DNA of 64,000 bases, from contig JBEKVM010000004.1 of the NCBI GenBank assembly GCA_049513975.1, positions 46,311 to 110,310 on the forward strand, written 5' to 3'. Source of the DNA: Verrucomicrobiota bacterium (lineage in GTDB: Bacteria > Verrucomicrobiota > Verrucomicrobiia > Limisphaerales > Palsa-1400). The notes under the pieces are model-generated. The model saw only the letters and a list, made by a program, of their open reading frames with translations. It ran no database searches and was not told the origin of the DNA. Positions 19,591-28,507 of the stretch are shown here, piece after piece. Each line of letters begins with the position of its first letter. The first letter of the stretch is position 1. Made by a program: the position numbers and the translations under genes.

Positions 19591-22212
19591 ATGAAAAAAT
19601 TGCCCGCTCTGTTCGCCTTGTTTTGTTTCGCCGCCAGCGCCGTGGCGGCGGACGATTGGTTCGCCCCGCACGGCGGGCCGCCGGAGGCCCATCCCGCCAC
19701 CCGCCAATACGCGCCGGACCGAAACGCCGGCTTTGTCCACATGAGCCTGGACCTCACGCCGGACTTCAAACAACGCACCATCGCCGGCACGGTGACGTTC
19801 ACCTTTAATCCCATCGCCAAGCCGCTGGCGGACATGGAATTGAACGCCGCCGACATGACCATCCTTTCGGTGGATTCCAGCGAGAAGATTCAGGCCTGGC
19901 AGATGACCGCGGACCGCCTGCTCATTACTTTTGCCAGCGCGGTTCCGGCCGGCCGGGAAGCCCGCCTCTCCATCCATTACAGCGCGCAGCCGGAAAAGGG
20001 CCTTTACTTTCGCACCCCGGAAATGGGCTACAAACCGGGCGACGAACATCTTTTCACCCAAGGCGAGGCCATTGACAACCGCTATTGGTATCCCAGCCCC
20101 GACGCGCCCAACGAGAAATTCACCACCGAAATCACCTGCCACGTTCCCGAGGGCATGATCGTCCTCTCCAATGGCCGGCTGGTTTCCAGGGAAAAGGACG
20201 CCGCCGGGCTGACGGCCTTTCATTGGTCGCAGGAAAAGCCCCACGCCAACTACCTCGTTTCCCTGGTCGCCGGTTATTTCCAAAGCGTGGAAGACAAGCA
20301 TAACGAAACGCCCCTGGCCCTTTATGTTCCGCCCTCCGACATCGCGGAGGCCGGCAATTCCTTTCGCGACACCAAGGACATCATGGACTTTTATGAGCGC
20401 GACACCGGCCTCCCGTTTCCCTGGGTGAAATACTACCAGGTGATGGTGCAGGATTTCATGGAGGGCGGCATGGAAAACACCAGCCTGACCACCCTGACCG
20501 AAACCTCCCTGTTCACCGCCGCGACGGAAAATCTGCGCAGCAGCCAGGGATTGGTGGCCCACGAAATGGCGCACCAGTGGTTCGGGGATCTGGTCACCTG
20601 CAAGGATTGGAGCCACATCTGGCTCAACGAGGGCTTTGCCACCTATTACGCGCTGCTCTACGACGGGCACAAAAACGGCGCTGACTCCATGCTCTACGGG
20701 TTTTACACCACCGCCCGGCGCATCTTCAGCGTCAGCAACGACACGGGCTTCATCGTCAACCGCACCTTTGATCATCCCGACGACATCTTCGGCATTCTCC
20801 CCTATCAGAAAGGGAGCTTTGTCCTGCGGATGTTGCGGGCGCAACTGGGCGAGGACCTCTACCGCCGGTGCATCAAGACCTACTTGGAGCGCCACCAGTA
20901 CGGCAACGTCGTGACCGGGGATTTGTCCGCCGTGATCGAGGAGCTATCCGGCCGGTCCTACGATCAGTTCTTTGATCAATGGGTCTATCACGCCCATTAT
21001 CCGGAATTGGCCGCCGTTTACTCCTGGGATGAAAATGCCAAACTGGCCAAAATCTCGCTCCGGCAAAAACAGGCGCTGAGCGAGGACGTTTTGCTTTTCA
21101 ACTTCCCTTTGACCGTGGCGTTCAACGGCAAATCGGGCCGGGTGGAAAAAACCATCACGGTGAAGGAGGCGTCGGAAGACTTTTACTTTTCCCTGCCCGA
21201 GGCCCCCGCGGGGGTGCGGCTGGACCCGCGGCTGGAAGTGCTGGCTAAAATTAGTATTGACATTCCCGCCCCCATGCTGGAGGCCCAGCTCGCCGACAAG
21301 GACGACGTGGCCGGCCGCCTCCTGGCCGTGGCCGCGCTCAGAGACAAAAAGGACCACGCCAGCGCGGCCAAATTGAAAAACACGCTCAACCACGATGCCT
21401 TTTATGGCGTCCGCGTCGAAGCCGCCGACGCCCTGGCCTCCATCCACTCCGACGAAAGCCTCGAGGCCCTCCTCGCCTCCCTGGAGCAAAGCGACGCCCG
21501 GGTGCGCAACGCCGTCATCGCCGCCCTGGCCGCCTTTTACAACCCCGCCGCCTGCCAGGCGGAAATGAAGTCCCTCGCCACCGAAAAAAATCCGGCCATT
21601 CAGGCGCAGGACATCAAGGGACTGGCCAATTACGCCAAACCCGAAGTGCGCGATCTCCTCCTGCCCCTCCTCCAATCCCATTCCTACCGCAACAGCCTGG
21701 CCGATGCCGCCATCGCCGCCATGCGCGTGCAGGACGACATTTCGTATCTGGTCCCGGTCCGCCAGGCCTTGGAACAGCGCCGCGGCGATTTCACCAGCCG
21801 CGGTTTTGCCAGCGGCCTGGACACGGTGGCCTTCCTGGCCCGCAATGAGGAAAAGAAGGACGACGCGCGCCAATTTCTGTCCGGCTTCGTCAACGATAAA
21901 AACAGCGTGATCCGGCAGGGCGCGATCCGGGCCTTGGGCACCCTGGAAGACCCGCGGGCCATGCCCGTCCTGCAAACCTTTGCCGATGCCGGCAAGGAAA
22001 CACCCGAGCGGCAAGCCGCCGCCGCCGCCATGCAGGCCCTTCGCGCCGCGCGCCGCCCCGCCGACAATTTGAAGGAATTGCGCGACACCGTTCTGGACTT
22101 GCAAAAGGAAATCCGCCAATTGCGCCAGGACCTGGACACCCTGCAAAACAAACTCCAGGCCAAACCCGCCCCGCGCTCCTCCGCCAAACCCGCCCCCACC
22201 GCCAGGCCTTGA
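19591..22212 (+). CDS. pepN: M1 family aminopeptidase with C-terminal HEAT repeats
   Basis: Signal peptide, GGMEN, HEMAHQWFG..NEGFA zinc motif, YQKG, HEAT-like repeats (VRVEAADAL, VRNAVIAAL, IRQGAIRAL). Confidence 0.92.
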   Translation: MKKLPALFALFCFAASAVAADDWFAPHGGPPEAHPATRQYAPDRNAGFVHMSLDLTPDFKQRTIAGTVTFTFNPIAKPLADMELNAADMTILSVDSSEKIQAWQMTADRLLITFASAVPAGREARLSIHYSAQPEKGLYFRTPEMGYKPGDEHLFTQGEAIDNRYWYPSPDAPNEKFTTEITCHVPEGMIVLSNGRLVSREKDAAGLTAFHWSQEKPHANYLVSLVAGYFQSVEDKHNETPLALYVPPSDIAEAGNSFRDTKDIMDFYERDTGLPFPWVKYYQVMVQDFMEGGMENTSLTTLTETSLFTAATENLRSSQGLVAHEMAHQWFGDLVTCKDWSHIWLNEGFATYYALLYDGHKNGADSMLYGFYTTARRIFSVSNDTGFIVNRTFDHPDDIFGILPYQKGSFVLRMLRAQLGEDLYRRCIKTYLERHQYGNVVTGDLSAVIEELSGRSYDQFFDQWVYHAHYPELAAVYSWDENAKLAKISLRQKQALSEDVLLFNFPLTVAFNGKSGRVEKTITVKEASEDFYFSLPEAPAGVRLDPRLEVLAKISIDIPAPMLEAQLADKDDVAGRLLAVAALRDKKDHASAAKLKNTLNHDAFYGVRVEAADALASIHSDESLEALLASLEQSDARVRNAVIAALAAFYNPAACQAEMKSLATEKNPAIQAQDIKGLANYAKPEVRDLLLPLLQSHSYRNSLADAAIAAMRVQDDISYLVPVRQALEQRRGDFTSRGFASGLDTVAFLARNEEKKDDARQFLSGFVNDKNSVIRQGAIRALGTLEDPRAMPVLQTFADAGKETPERQAAAAAMQALRAARRPADNLKELRDTVLDLQKEIRQLRQDLDTLQNKLQAKPAPRSSAKPAPTARP

Positions 22213-22237
22213 CGCAGGTTCACAAATATGCTAACTT
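22209..22237 (+). promoter_or_regulatory. Sigma-70 promoter of the toxin-antitoxin pair (probably leaderless transcript)
   Basis: TTGACG, 17-bp spacer, TGc-TAACTT; the ATG is 8 nt downstream. Confidence 0.6.
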
Positions 22238-22244
22238 CCCGGTA

Positions 22245-22598
22245 ATGCGCGAAATTCAATTCTACCGCAACGACAGTGGCAATTGCCCGGTGGAAGAATT
22301 TCTCGATAGTCTTGGCCCGAAGCAGGCGCAGAAAGTGGCCTGGGTGCTTAAATTGGTGAAAGAATTGCCGCTGGTGCCGAGGCCATATTTGAAGAAACTT
22401 GAGGGAGGGGACGAGCTTTGGGAAGTTCGTGCGGATTTTGGCGGCGATGCGTTCCGTCTCCTGGGCTTTTGGGACGCGGGAAATCTGATCATTTTGACCA
22501 ACGGATTTGCGAAGAAGACACAGAAAACACCCATCCGGGAAATCGAACTCGCCGCACTACGGCGGCGCGATTACCTGAACAGAAAGGCCAGACGATGA
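22245..22598 (+). CDS. Type II toxin, RelE/HigB (Gp49/DUF891-like)
   Basis: IQFYR..G.CPVEEFLDSL, LWEVR, ILTNGFAKKTQKTP..EI..A motif; toxin-first order. Confidence 0.88.
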   Translation: MREIQFYRNDSGNCPVEEFLDSLGPKQAQKVAWVLKLVKELPLVPRPYLKKLEGGDELWEVRADFGGDAFRLLGFWDAGNLIILTNGFAKKTQKTPIREIELAALRRRDYLNRKARR

Positions 22599-22879
22599 AA
22601 GACGACCTCGACAAATATATCAGCCGCCGCAAACGCGCCGACAAGAAATTCTCGGAAAATTTTGAGAGTGGCTACCAGGAATTCAAAGTGGGCGTTCTCC
22701 TGCGCCAGGCTCGCGAGCAGGCAGGCATTACCCAGGAAGCCCTCGCGCAACGCACCAAGACGAGAAAGTCCGCCATCTCGCGCCTGGAGAATCACGCTCA
22801 AGACGTGCGCCTCTCCACCATCGAGCGCGTCGCGCACGCCCTGGGCAAGAACCTCGTCATCCAATTGGTGAATGCATGA
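22595..22879 (+). CDS. XRE-family HTH antitoxin (HigA-like)
   Basis: LRQAREQAGITQEALA..SAISRLEN..RLSTIERVA; ATGA overlap with the toxin. Confidence 0.9.
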   Translation: MKDDLDKYISRRKRADKKFSENFESGYQEFKVGVLLRQAREQAGITQEALAQRTKTRKSAISRLENHAQDVRLSTIERVAHALGKNLVIQLVNA

Positions 22880-23138
22880 TGGCCGTTGCAGAACCTCCAA
22901 TTCAAACGCCGCAAGGCGTAACTTTTCCACTCACAGCGTGATCTTGCGCAACATTATGGCCAAAGCGAAATCCTCAGCCTCCCCGCCGAAAGGCTGCCGG
23001 CTCTACCCCATATCGGAAAGAGGGGATAGGCATTTCGAAATTGATGACGAGGAAATTCCTGTTTCAATTGATACATACAAGATGTTGGTTGAAGTTGTGT
23101 CGCTTGCCAAACTCATGCGCTCATGGTTAATTTGAGGC

Positions 23139-23345
23139 ATGACCGCACAAACCGTCATCAAGCAATTCAAAGCGCTGCCCCCCAAGCAACGGGCGGAGGT
23201 CGCCAAATATGTCGTCGAGTCGGACGATTCGTGGATTCCCGAATCGTTCAAGCGCGGCATGGCCGACGCGGCAGCGGAACGCTTCGCCGACATGGAGGAC
23301 GTTCTGAATGATGCGCCACCGCCGTCACGCCGGCGGGCGAAATGA
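23139..23345 (+). CDS. Small putative antitoxin
   Basis: 68 aa, acidic C-terminal half, ATGA-coupled to a RelE-like gene; TTGCCA-N18-TAATTT promoter just upstream. Confidence 0.6.
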   Translation: MTAQTVIKQFKALPPKQRAEVAKYVVESDDSWIPESFKRGMADAAAERFADMEDVLNDAPPPSRRRAK

Positions 23346-23617
23346 GCCATCGCTTTAAGCCGACGGAGAACTTTTGGGAAGCTTTTTACGACCTGACTTC
23401 CAGCCAAAAAGAATCAGCGCGGCGCGCTTGGAAGATTTTCAAGCAAAATCCGTTTGACCCGCGCCTCCGTCCCCATAAGATTCACCGGCTTTCCGCGCAT
23501 TACGACCGGACGATCTATGCGGTGGATCTTGAAGGCGATTTGCGTGCCGTGTTTTATGTCGAACGGGATTGCGTTGTGACGGTGGACATTGGCACGCACG
23601 ATATATACAGGGGCTGA
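23342..23617 (+). CDS. RelE/YafQ-like mRNA interferase toxin
   Basis: F..NPFDPRLRPHKI, DLRAVF, DIGTHDIY terminal motif. Confidence 0.8.
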   Translation: MSHRFKPTENFWEAFYDLTSSQKESARRAWKIFKQNPFDPRLRPHKIHRLSAHYDRTIYAVDLEGDLRAVFYVERDCVVTVDIGTHDIYRG

Positions 23618-23635
23618 ATTGGGATGATACCCAGG

Positions 23636-23692
23636 GCGTCGCTCGCGGACTCGCTCTGCCCTGGGCTTCAATATTTCGCCCCGTTGGGGCTG
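23636..23692. repeat. REP-like element, CCCAGGGC/GCCCTGGGC-GCCCCGTTGGGGC family
   Basis: Two adjacent hairpins after the toxin-antitoxin cluster. Confidence 0.55.
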
Positions 23693-23833
23693 TTAAAGCG
23701 TGAGTCTCGCCCCACCAATAATGATTTTGTCCGGTAACGCCAGGCCGCCAGCCGTCGGCGACCTGAATTATTACCGGAAACCATTGCACTATGACGGGGT
23801 TTCTGTCACACAAGCCGGGCAGGCCCTTCGAGA

Positions 23834-24844
23834 ATGAAATACGACGAACTGGCATTTGTGAATCAGCAACTGGCGACGATGCTGCGCGAGGGCCTGCCGC
23901 TGGAGGGCAGCTTGCGCCAGTTGTGCGCCACCATGCAGCGCGGCCGGCTGCGCGCGGAATTGCAGTTGCTGGAAACCGATTTGGCCGGCGGCGCGCCGCT
24001 GGACCAGGCGGTGGCGCGGCGCAAGCTGCCGGAATTTTACGGGCTGATGCTGCAAATCGGGGCGCACGGCCACGATCTGCCCGGCCTGCTCACGTTGCTG
24101 GCCGATTATTATCAAAACGCCAACCTGGTTTGGACGCGGCTCAAAGGGTTGATGGTTTATCCGGCGATTGTGCTGACGCTCTCGGCGGGCTTTTCGGTCT
24201 GGATCGCGGTGCTTTTTGGGAAAATCTCCTCCATGCTGGCGATGGATGGCAGGATGACCCTGGGATTGCTGGTGGGCGGCAGGACTCCGTTGCAGCCGCC
24301 CTCCCCCGCCGCCCCGTACTTGTGGGCGCCCGCGGCGCTGCTGGCCGTCCTGGCCCTTCCGGCCCTGGCGGTGGCCGTGCTGCCCGGATTGCGGCGCGAA
24401 TTGCAATGGCGCCTGCCCGCCTTCCGCGAAGCCAGCCTCGCCCGGCTGGCTTCGACCATGGCCATACTGCTCAAGGCCGGCTGCTCCTTGAGCGAGGCGC
24501 TGGGCATGCTCGAAAAAATGGAATCCGGCACGCGCGCCGGCGCGGAACTGGGCCGGTGGCAGGCGCGCTGCGCGGAGGGCCGCGGGAAATTCACGGAGGT
24601 GGCGGCGGGGGGCAAAATTTTTCCGCCGATGTTTGTCTGGCTGGTGGCGGGGGCGGGGGAGAATCTGGCGGCGGGATTTGAACGGGCGGCCCAGGTCTAT
24701 CACGCGCGGGCGGCCTATCGCTCCAATGTCCTGCTGTATGCGGCGCTGCCGGCCTCGCTCCTGTTTTTGGGGCTGGTCATCCTGGCGCAAATGTATCCGC
24801 TGGCGCAGATGATCTATCAATTGCCGCGGATTCTGGGCCGATGA
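23834..24844 (+). CDS. Type II secretion/T4P platform protein (GspF/PilC family), copy 1
   Basis: QLATMLREGLPL, LKGLMVYP, LKAGCSLSEAL, FPPMFVWLVAGAGENL repeats of the T2SSF domain. Confidence 0.85.
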   Translation: MKYDELAFVNQQLATMLREGLPLEGSLRQLCATMQRGRLRAELQLLETDLAGGAPLDQAVARRKLPEFYGLMLQIGAHGHDLPGLLTLLADYYQNANLVWTRLKGLMVYPAIVLTLSAGFSVWIAVLFGKISSMLAMDGRMTLGLLVGGRTPLQPPSPAAPYLWAPAALLAVLALPALAVAVLPGLRRELQWRLPAFREASLARLASTMAILLKAGCSLSEALGMLEKMESGTRAGAELGRWQARCAEGRGKFTEVAAGGKIFPPMFVWLVAGAGENLAAGFERAAQVYHARAAYRSNVLLYAALPASLLFLGLVILAQMYPLAQMIYQLPRILGR

Positions 24845-26043
24845 GCTTCGTCAAACTATTTCCAACGCTGGCGGCGGGCGCCCCGGCCGCCGGCCCGGCG
24901 CTGCAAATCATGCACGGCTGGCTGCTGCCCGTCCTCATCCCCGTCGGCGCGGTGGCGGCGGCCATCTATTACATCAACAGCCGTCCGCTGCGGCGGCAGG
25001 AAGGGGCGCGGTTTCTGCTCGATTTGATTGAGTCCGCCTTGCAGCAGGGCCAGTCCATCGAGCATCACATCATTTCCCTGGCCAACTGCCGGGACGCCTC
25101 GCCCGGGGTGCGATTTCATTTGCTGGCCGCCTATCTGGAGAAGGGCCACGGCCTGATTGACGCGCTGGAAAAAGTGCCGGAATTGCTGCCGGCCCAGGTG
25201 CTGGCCATGCTCAAGGTCGGGGGGAACCTGGGCGACTTCTCCCGCGTCCTGCCGGCCTGCCGCCTGCTTTTGCAGGACGGCACCTCGCAAACCCGCGCCC
25301 TCATCAATTACCAAGTCGCCTTCGGCCTGGTCCTCAATCCGATGATGATCTGCCTGCTGCCGATAATGTTCACCCATATTTTTCCCGTCTTCAACGACCT
25401 CGCCTACTGGAATAAAATCGAGCCGGGCGGCGTTTATGACACGCTTTCGGCCTGGTTTCCATTTTTATTGCTGGCGCAGATGGCGCTCTTGCTGGCCTGT
25501 TATGGCAGCGCGGTGTTGTTGTTCGGCGGAACGCGCTTCGTTTCGTGGCTGCAAGCCGGCGTGCGCCCGCTGCGAGACTGGAGCGACTGGTTTTTCCTGC
25601 GCGTGCCCTGGCGGCGCAAACGGCTGCAACGGGATTTCTCCGCCATGCTGGGATTGTTGCTGGACGCCGGCGTGCCGGAGGAAAAGGCCTTGAGTCTGGC
25701 GGCGTACAGCACGGCCAACGGCGTTTTTATGCGGCGCGCGGAAAAGGCGGCGGAAAAGTTGCGCCAGGGTGTGAAGTTGACCGAGGCGGTGCAACTGCTG
25801 GACGACACGGGTGAATTTCGCTGGCGGCTTCTCAACGGCGCTCACGGGACGCGCGGCTTTTTTTCCGCCTTGCAGGGATGGCAGGCCTCCCTTGACGCCA
25901 AAGCGTTTCAACTGGAACAAGCCGCCGCGCAGGCCCTCAGCACGAGCCTGGTTTTGCTCAACGCCGGCACCGTCGCGCTGGTCGCGGCGGGGGTTTTTCA
26001 ATTTATCAGCCACTTGAGCAACACCCCTTTCCGCTTCAAATGA
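24841..26043 (+). CDS. GspF/PilC family protein, copy 2
   Basis: LPAQVLAMLKVG..GDF, FSAMLGLLLDAGVPEEKAL, LRQGVKLTEA; ATGA overlap. Confidence 0.8.
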   Translation: MSFVKLFPTLAAGAPAAGPALQIMHGWLLPVLIPVGAVAAAIYYINSRPLRRQEGARFLLDLIESALQQGQSIEHHIISLANCRDASPGVRFHLLAAYLEKGHGLIDALEKVPELLPAQVLAMLKVGGNLGDFSRVLPACRLLLQDGTSQTRALINYQVAFGLVLNPMMICLLPIMFTHIFPVFNDLAYWNKIEPGGVYDTLSAWFPFLLLAQMALLLACYGSAVLLFGGTRFVSWLQAGVRPLRDWSDWFFLRVPWRRKRLQRDFSAMLGLLLDAGVPEEKALSLAAYSTANGVFMRRAEKAAEKLRQGVKLTEAVQLLDDTGEFRWRLLNGAHGTRGFFSALQGWQASLDAKAFQLEQAAAQALSTSLVLLNAGTVALVAAGVFQFISHLSNTPFRFK

Positions 26044-26510
26044 CGCGCGTGCTGCCAACGCCAGGACTGCCCGCGCCCGTGTCCGTGGACCAGGTGCGGT
26101 TGATTCGCCGTTCGACGCGATGCTTTGTCTATGGCATGATGGGAGCCGTCCCTCTTTTTGGCCTGGGGATGGCCTGCCTGACGCTGCGGTTGCGGCGGGA
26201 GTTGGCGGAGGAAACGGGCGAGCCGGTGTGTCTGACCGGAGCGCGCCGGTGTGCCATCGCGGCTTTCGCCCTGGCGTTCGTGCTCCTGTGCTGCCACCAA
26301 ACCGGCCTGGTGCTGGCCTTGGGAATCCTGCTCCCCGCGCTGCAAGGATACGGGTTGGTCCGGCAATACCAGCAGGCCGAGCCGCGGCTGTGGAATCCGG
26401 CGCGCCATTTGGTGTATTGGGGCGCGGGCCTGGCTTATGCCGGCCTGGTCCTGTCGTCCCTCGTGATTATGCTGAACCTGGAGGCCGCCCTCCGCCAGAT
26501 CGGAAGCTGA
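26040..26510 (+). CDS. Hypothetical membrane protein
   Basis: 156 aa with several TMs; ATGA-coupled to the upstream gene. Confidence 0.65.
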   Translation: MTRVLPTPGLPAPVSVDQVRLIRRSTRCFVYGMMGAVPLFGLGMACLTLRLRRELAEETGEPVCLTGARRCAIAAFALAFVLLCCHQTGLVLALGILLPALQGYGLVRQYQQAEPRLWNPARHLVYWGAGLAYAGLVLSSLVIMLNLEAALRQIGS

Positions 26511-26513
26511 GGC

Positions 26514-28055
26514 ATGAATTTCCTGCCCATCGTCCATTTGGAAATGCGCAGCGCGGCGCGCCGGCCGACGACCTATTACACGCGCTGCCTCATCGCGCTG
26601 CTGGCGATTTCCGCCGGGCTGGGATTTGTCTTCGCCGGTTTCAACCGGGTGATGAGCACCTCCTCGGCGGGGCAGGCGGTCTTTGCCCTGCTGGCGGGCG
26701 GCGGCTATGTTTTGCTGGCCGCGCAGGCCATATTGTTGACATGCGACTGTGTCAGCCTGGAAAAGCGCGAAGGCACCCTCGGGCTCCTGTTTCTGACCGA
26801 CCTGAACGGGTTTGACATTGTGGCGGGGAAACTGGCGGCGCAGGTCAGCCGCTCCCTGCATGGCCTGCTGGCGGCGTTCCCGGCCTTCGGGTTTTGCATC
26901 ATCCTGGGCGGGGTCGGGCTGGGAGATTTCGCGAAGGTGGCGCTGGGCTTGACGAACACTTTGTTTTATTTCGCCGCGCTGGGGATTTTGATTTCCGCGT
27001 GCGTCTGGCGGGAACGGGCCGCGACCGCCTGGGGCGGGCTGGCTTTGCTCGTCCCCGGCGCCCTTCTGCCCATTCTGTGTGTGATGTGCAACTCGCCGGC
27101 CGGCCTGGCGCTGATTCCGGCAGGAGCCATGCTGGCGGCGCTGAGCCCGGTGGCGGGCCTGGCTTCGCCGCCGGATTTCACCGGGTCGTTGCTGGTATCG
27201 CACGCGCTGGGCTGGCTGTATATCGGCGCGGCCAGTTGTCTGGTGCCGCGTTGCTGGACGCGCGCTGCGAACGCCGCGCCGGCGCGTCCGTCCACCCTGG
27301 CACGTCAAATAAAATCCCCGCCCCAGGACCTGCCGTCCTGGGCGCTGCAACCGGCCAAGCCTCTTTTGACCCTGGCATTAATGGTGATGATCTGCGCTGT
27401 CATTCTGGCCGGCGCCCTGCTCGGCCCCCCGTGGATGAAGGCGCCGGCCGCGCCGGTCACGATCCTGCTGTTGCACAGCGTCTTGAAATATCAAGCGGCG
27501 GCGCAAGCCGGCCGCATGCTGGCGGGCAAGCGGCGGAGCGGCGAACTGGAATTGCTGCTGACCACGCCGTACGATGAAGACGAAATTTTGCGCGGCTGTC
27601 TGCTCGAGTTGAAGCGGAGCCTGTTCTGGCCGGTGCTGTTTGCCCTGGGCGTTGATTTGGGGCTCCTGATCCTTGGCTGCTTGCGGGCGGGGTTCGGCCT
27701 CGACCTGGGGTGGGAAGCCGCCGTGGTGGTGGAGGTGGTTTGGTTGTTGGTTAATCTCTACAGCCTCACCTGGGTCGGGCTTTTCCTGGGTCTGAGGCTG
27801 GCCACTCCGGCCAAGGCCGCCAGCCAGGCGATATTTTATGTGGTGCTGCTGCCGTGGGTTTTGCTGATTTGCTCCGTCGCGCTGGCGACCCCGCTGGTTT
27901 GGCGGCATCGCTTCGGCCAGGAACCGGGTGTCCCCTTCGCCGGGATTTTTGTGTTCGCCCTGGTATTTTGCAACTCATTCTTCCCAGGCTGGGCCATCAA
28001 CGAACTGCGCGACCGGTTCCGCTTCCTGGCCGCACAAGCCTGGACGCGATCATGA
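26514..28055 (+). CDS. ABC-2 type permease-like membrane protein
   Basis: MNFLPIVHLEMRSAARR, SLEKREGTLGLLFLTDL..IVAGKL, RRSGELELLLTTP motifs typical of ABC-2 permeases. Confidence 0.82.
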   Translation: MNFLPIVHLEMRSAARRPTTYYTRCLIALLAISAGLGFVFAGFNRVMSTSSAGQAVFALLAGGGYVLLAAQAILLTCDCVSLEKREGTLGLLFLTDLNGFDIVAGKLAAQVSRSLHGLLAAFPAFGFCIILGGVGLGDFAKVALGLTNTLFYFAALGILISACVWRERAATAWGGLALLVPGALLPILCVMCNSPAGLALIPAGAMLAALSPVAGLASPPDFTGSLLVSHALGWLYIGAASCLVPRCWTRAANAAPARPSTLARQIKSPPQDLPSWALQPAKPLLTLALMVMICAVILAGALLGPPWMKAPAAPVTILLLHSVLKYQAAAQAGRMLAGKRRSGELELLLTTPYDEDEILRGCLLELKRSLFWPVLFALGVDLGLLILGCLRAGFGLDLGWEAAVVVEVVWLLVNLYSLTWVGLFLGLRLATPAKAASQAIFYVVLLPWVLLICSVALATPLVWRHRFGQEPGVPFAGIFVFALVFCNSFFPGWAINELRDRFRFLAAQAWTRS

Positions 28056-28507
28056 ACCACCCCGCCGGCGCCGTCATGGATCATCTCATCTTTGGCCCTT
28101 CGCCCATTCACGGCACGGGCGGTTTTGCCAAGCGCGGCCTGCCCCGGAGCACGCGCGTGGCGGAATACCTCGGCGAGAAAATCAGCAAGGCGGAATCGCT
28201 CCGCCGCTGCGAAGCGGGCAACTGGTTCATCTTCGCGCTGGACGATGAATTTGATTTGGACGGCAATACCGAAGGAAATCCGGCGCGCTGGCTCAATCAC
28301 AGTTGCGCGCCCAATTGCGAGGCGGAATGGAGCGGCGGGCGTCTCTGGATCACCGCCCGGCGCGACATCGCGGCGGGGGAGGAAATCACCTTCAACTACG
28401 GCTACGCCCTGGAGGAGTATCGGGAGCATCCGTGCCGCTGCGGCGCGCCGGGATGCGCGGGTTACATCCTGGCGGAGGAGTTTTTCGATCATGTCAAGAA
28501 GAAGTGA
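28052..28507 (+). CDS. SET-domain lysine methyltransferase with post-SET cysteines
   Basis: SPIHGTGGFA, ARWLNHSCAPNCE, GEEITFNYG, CRCGAPGCAG; ATG 28052 overlaps the permease stop. Confidence 0.93.
   Translation: MNHPAGAVMDHLIFGPSPIHGTGGFAKRGLPRSTRVAEYLGEKISKAESLRRCEAGNWFIFALDDEFDLDGNTEGNPARWLNHSCAPNCEAEWSGGRLWITARRDIAAGEEITFNYGYALEEYREHPCRCGAPGCAGYILAEEFFDHVKKK

Noticed and set aside
22872-23135. 87-aa ORF between the toxin-antitoxin pairs
   Set aside because: No recognisable motif; its 3' end overlaps the next promoter.
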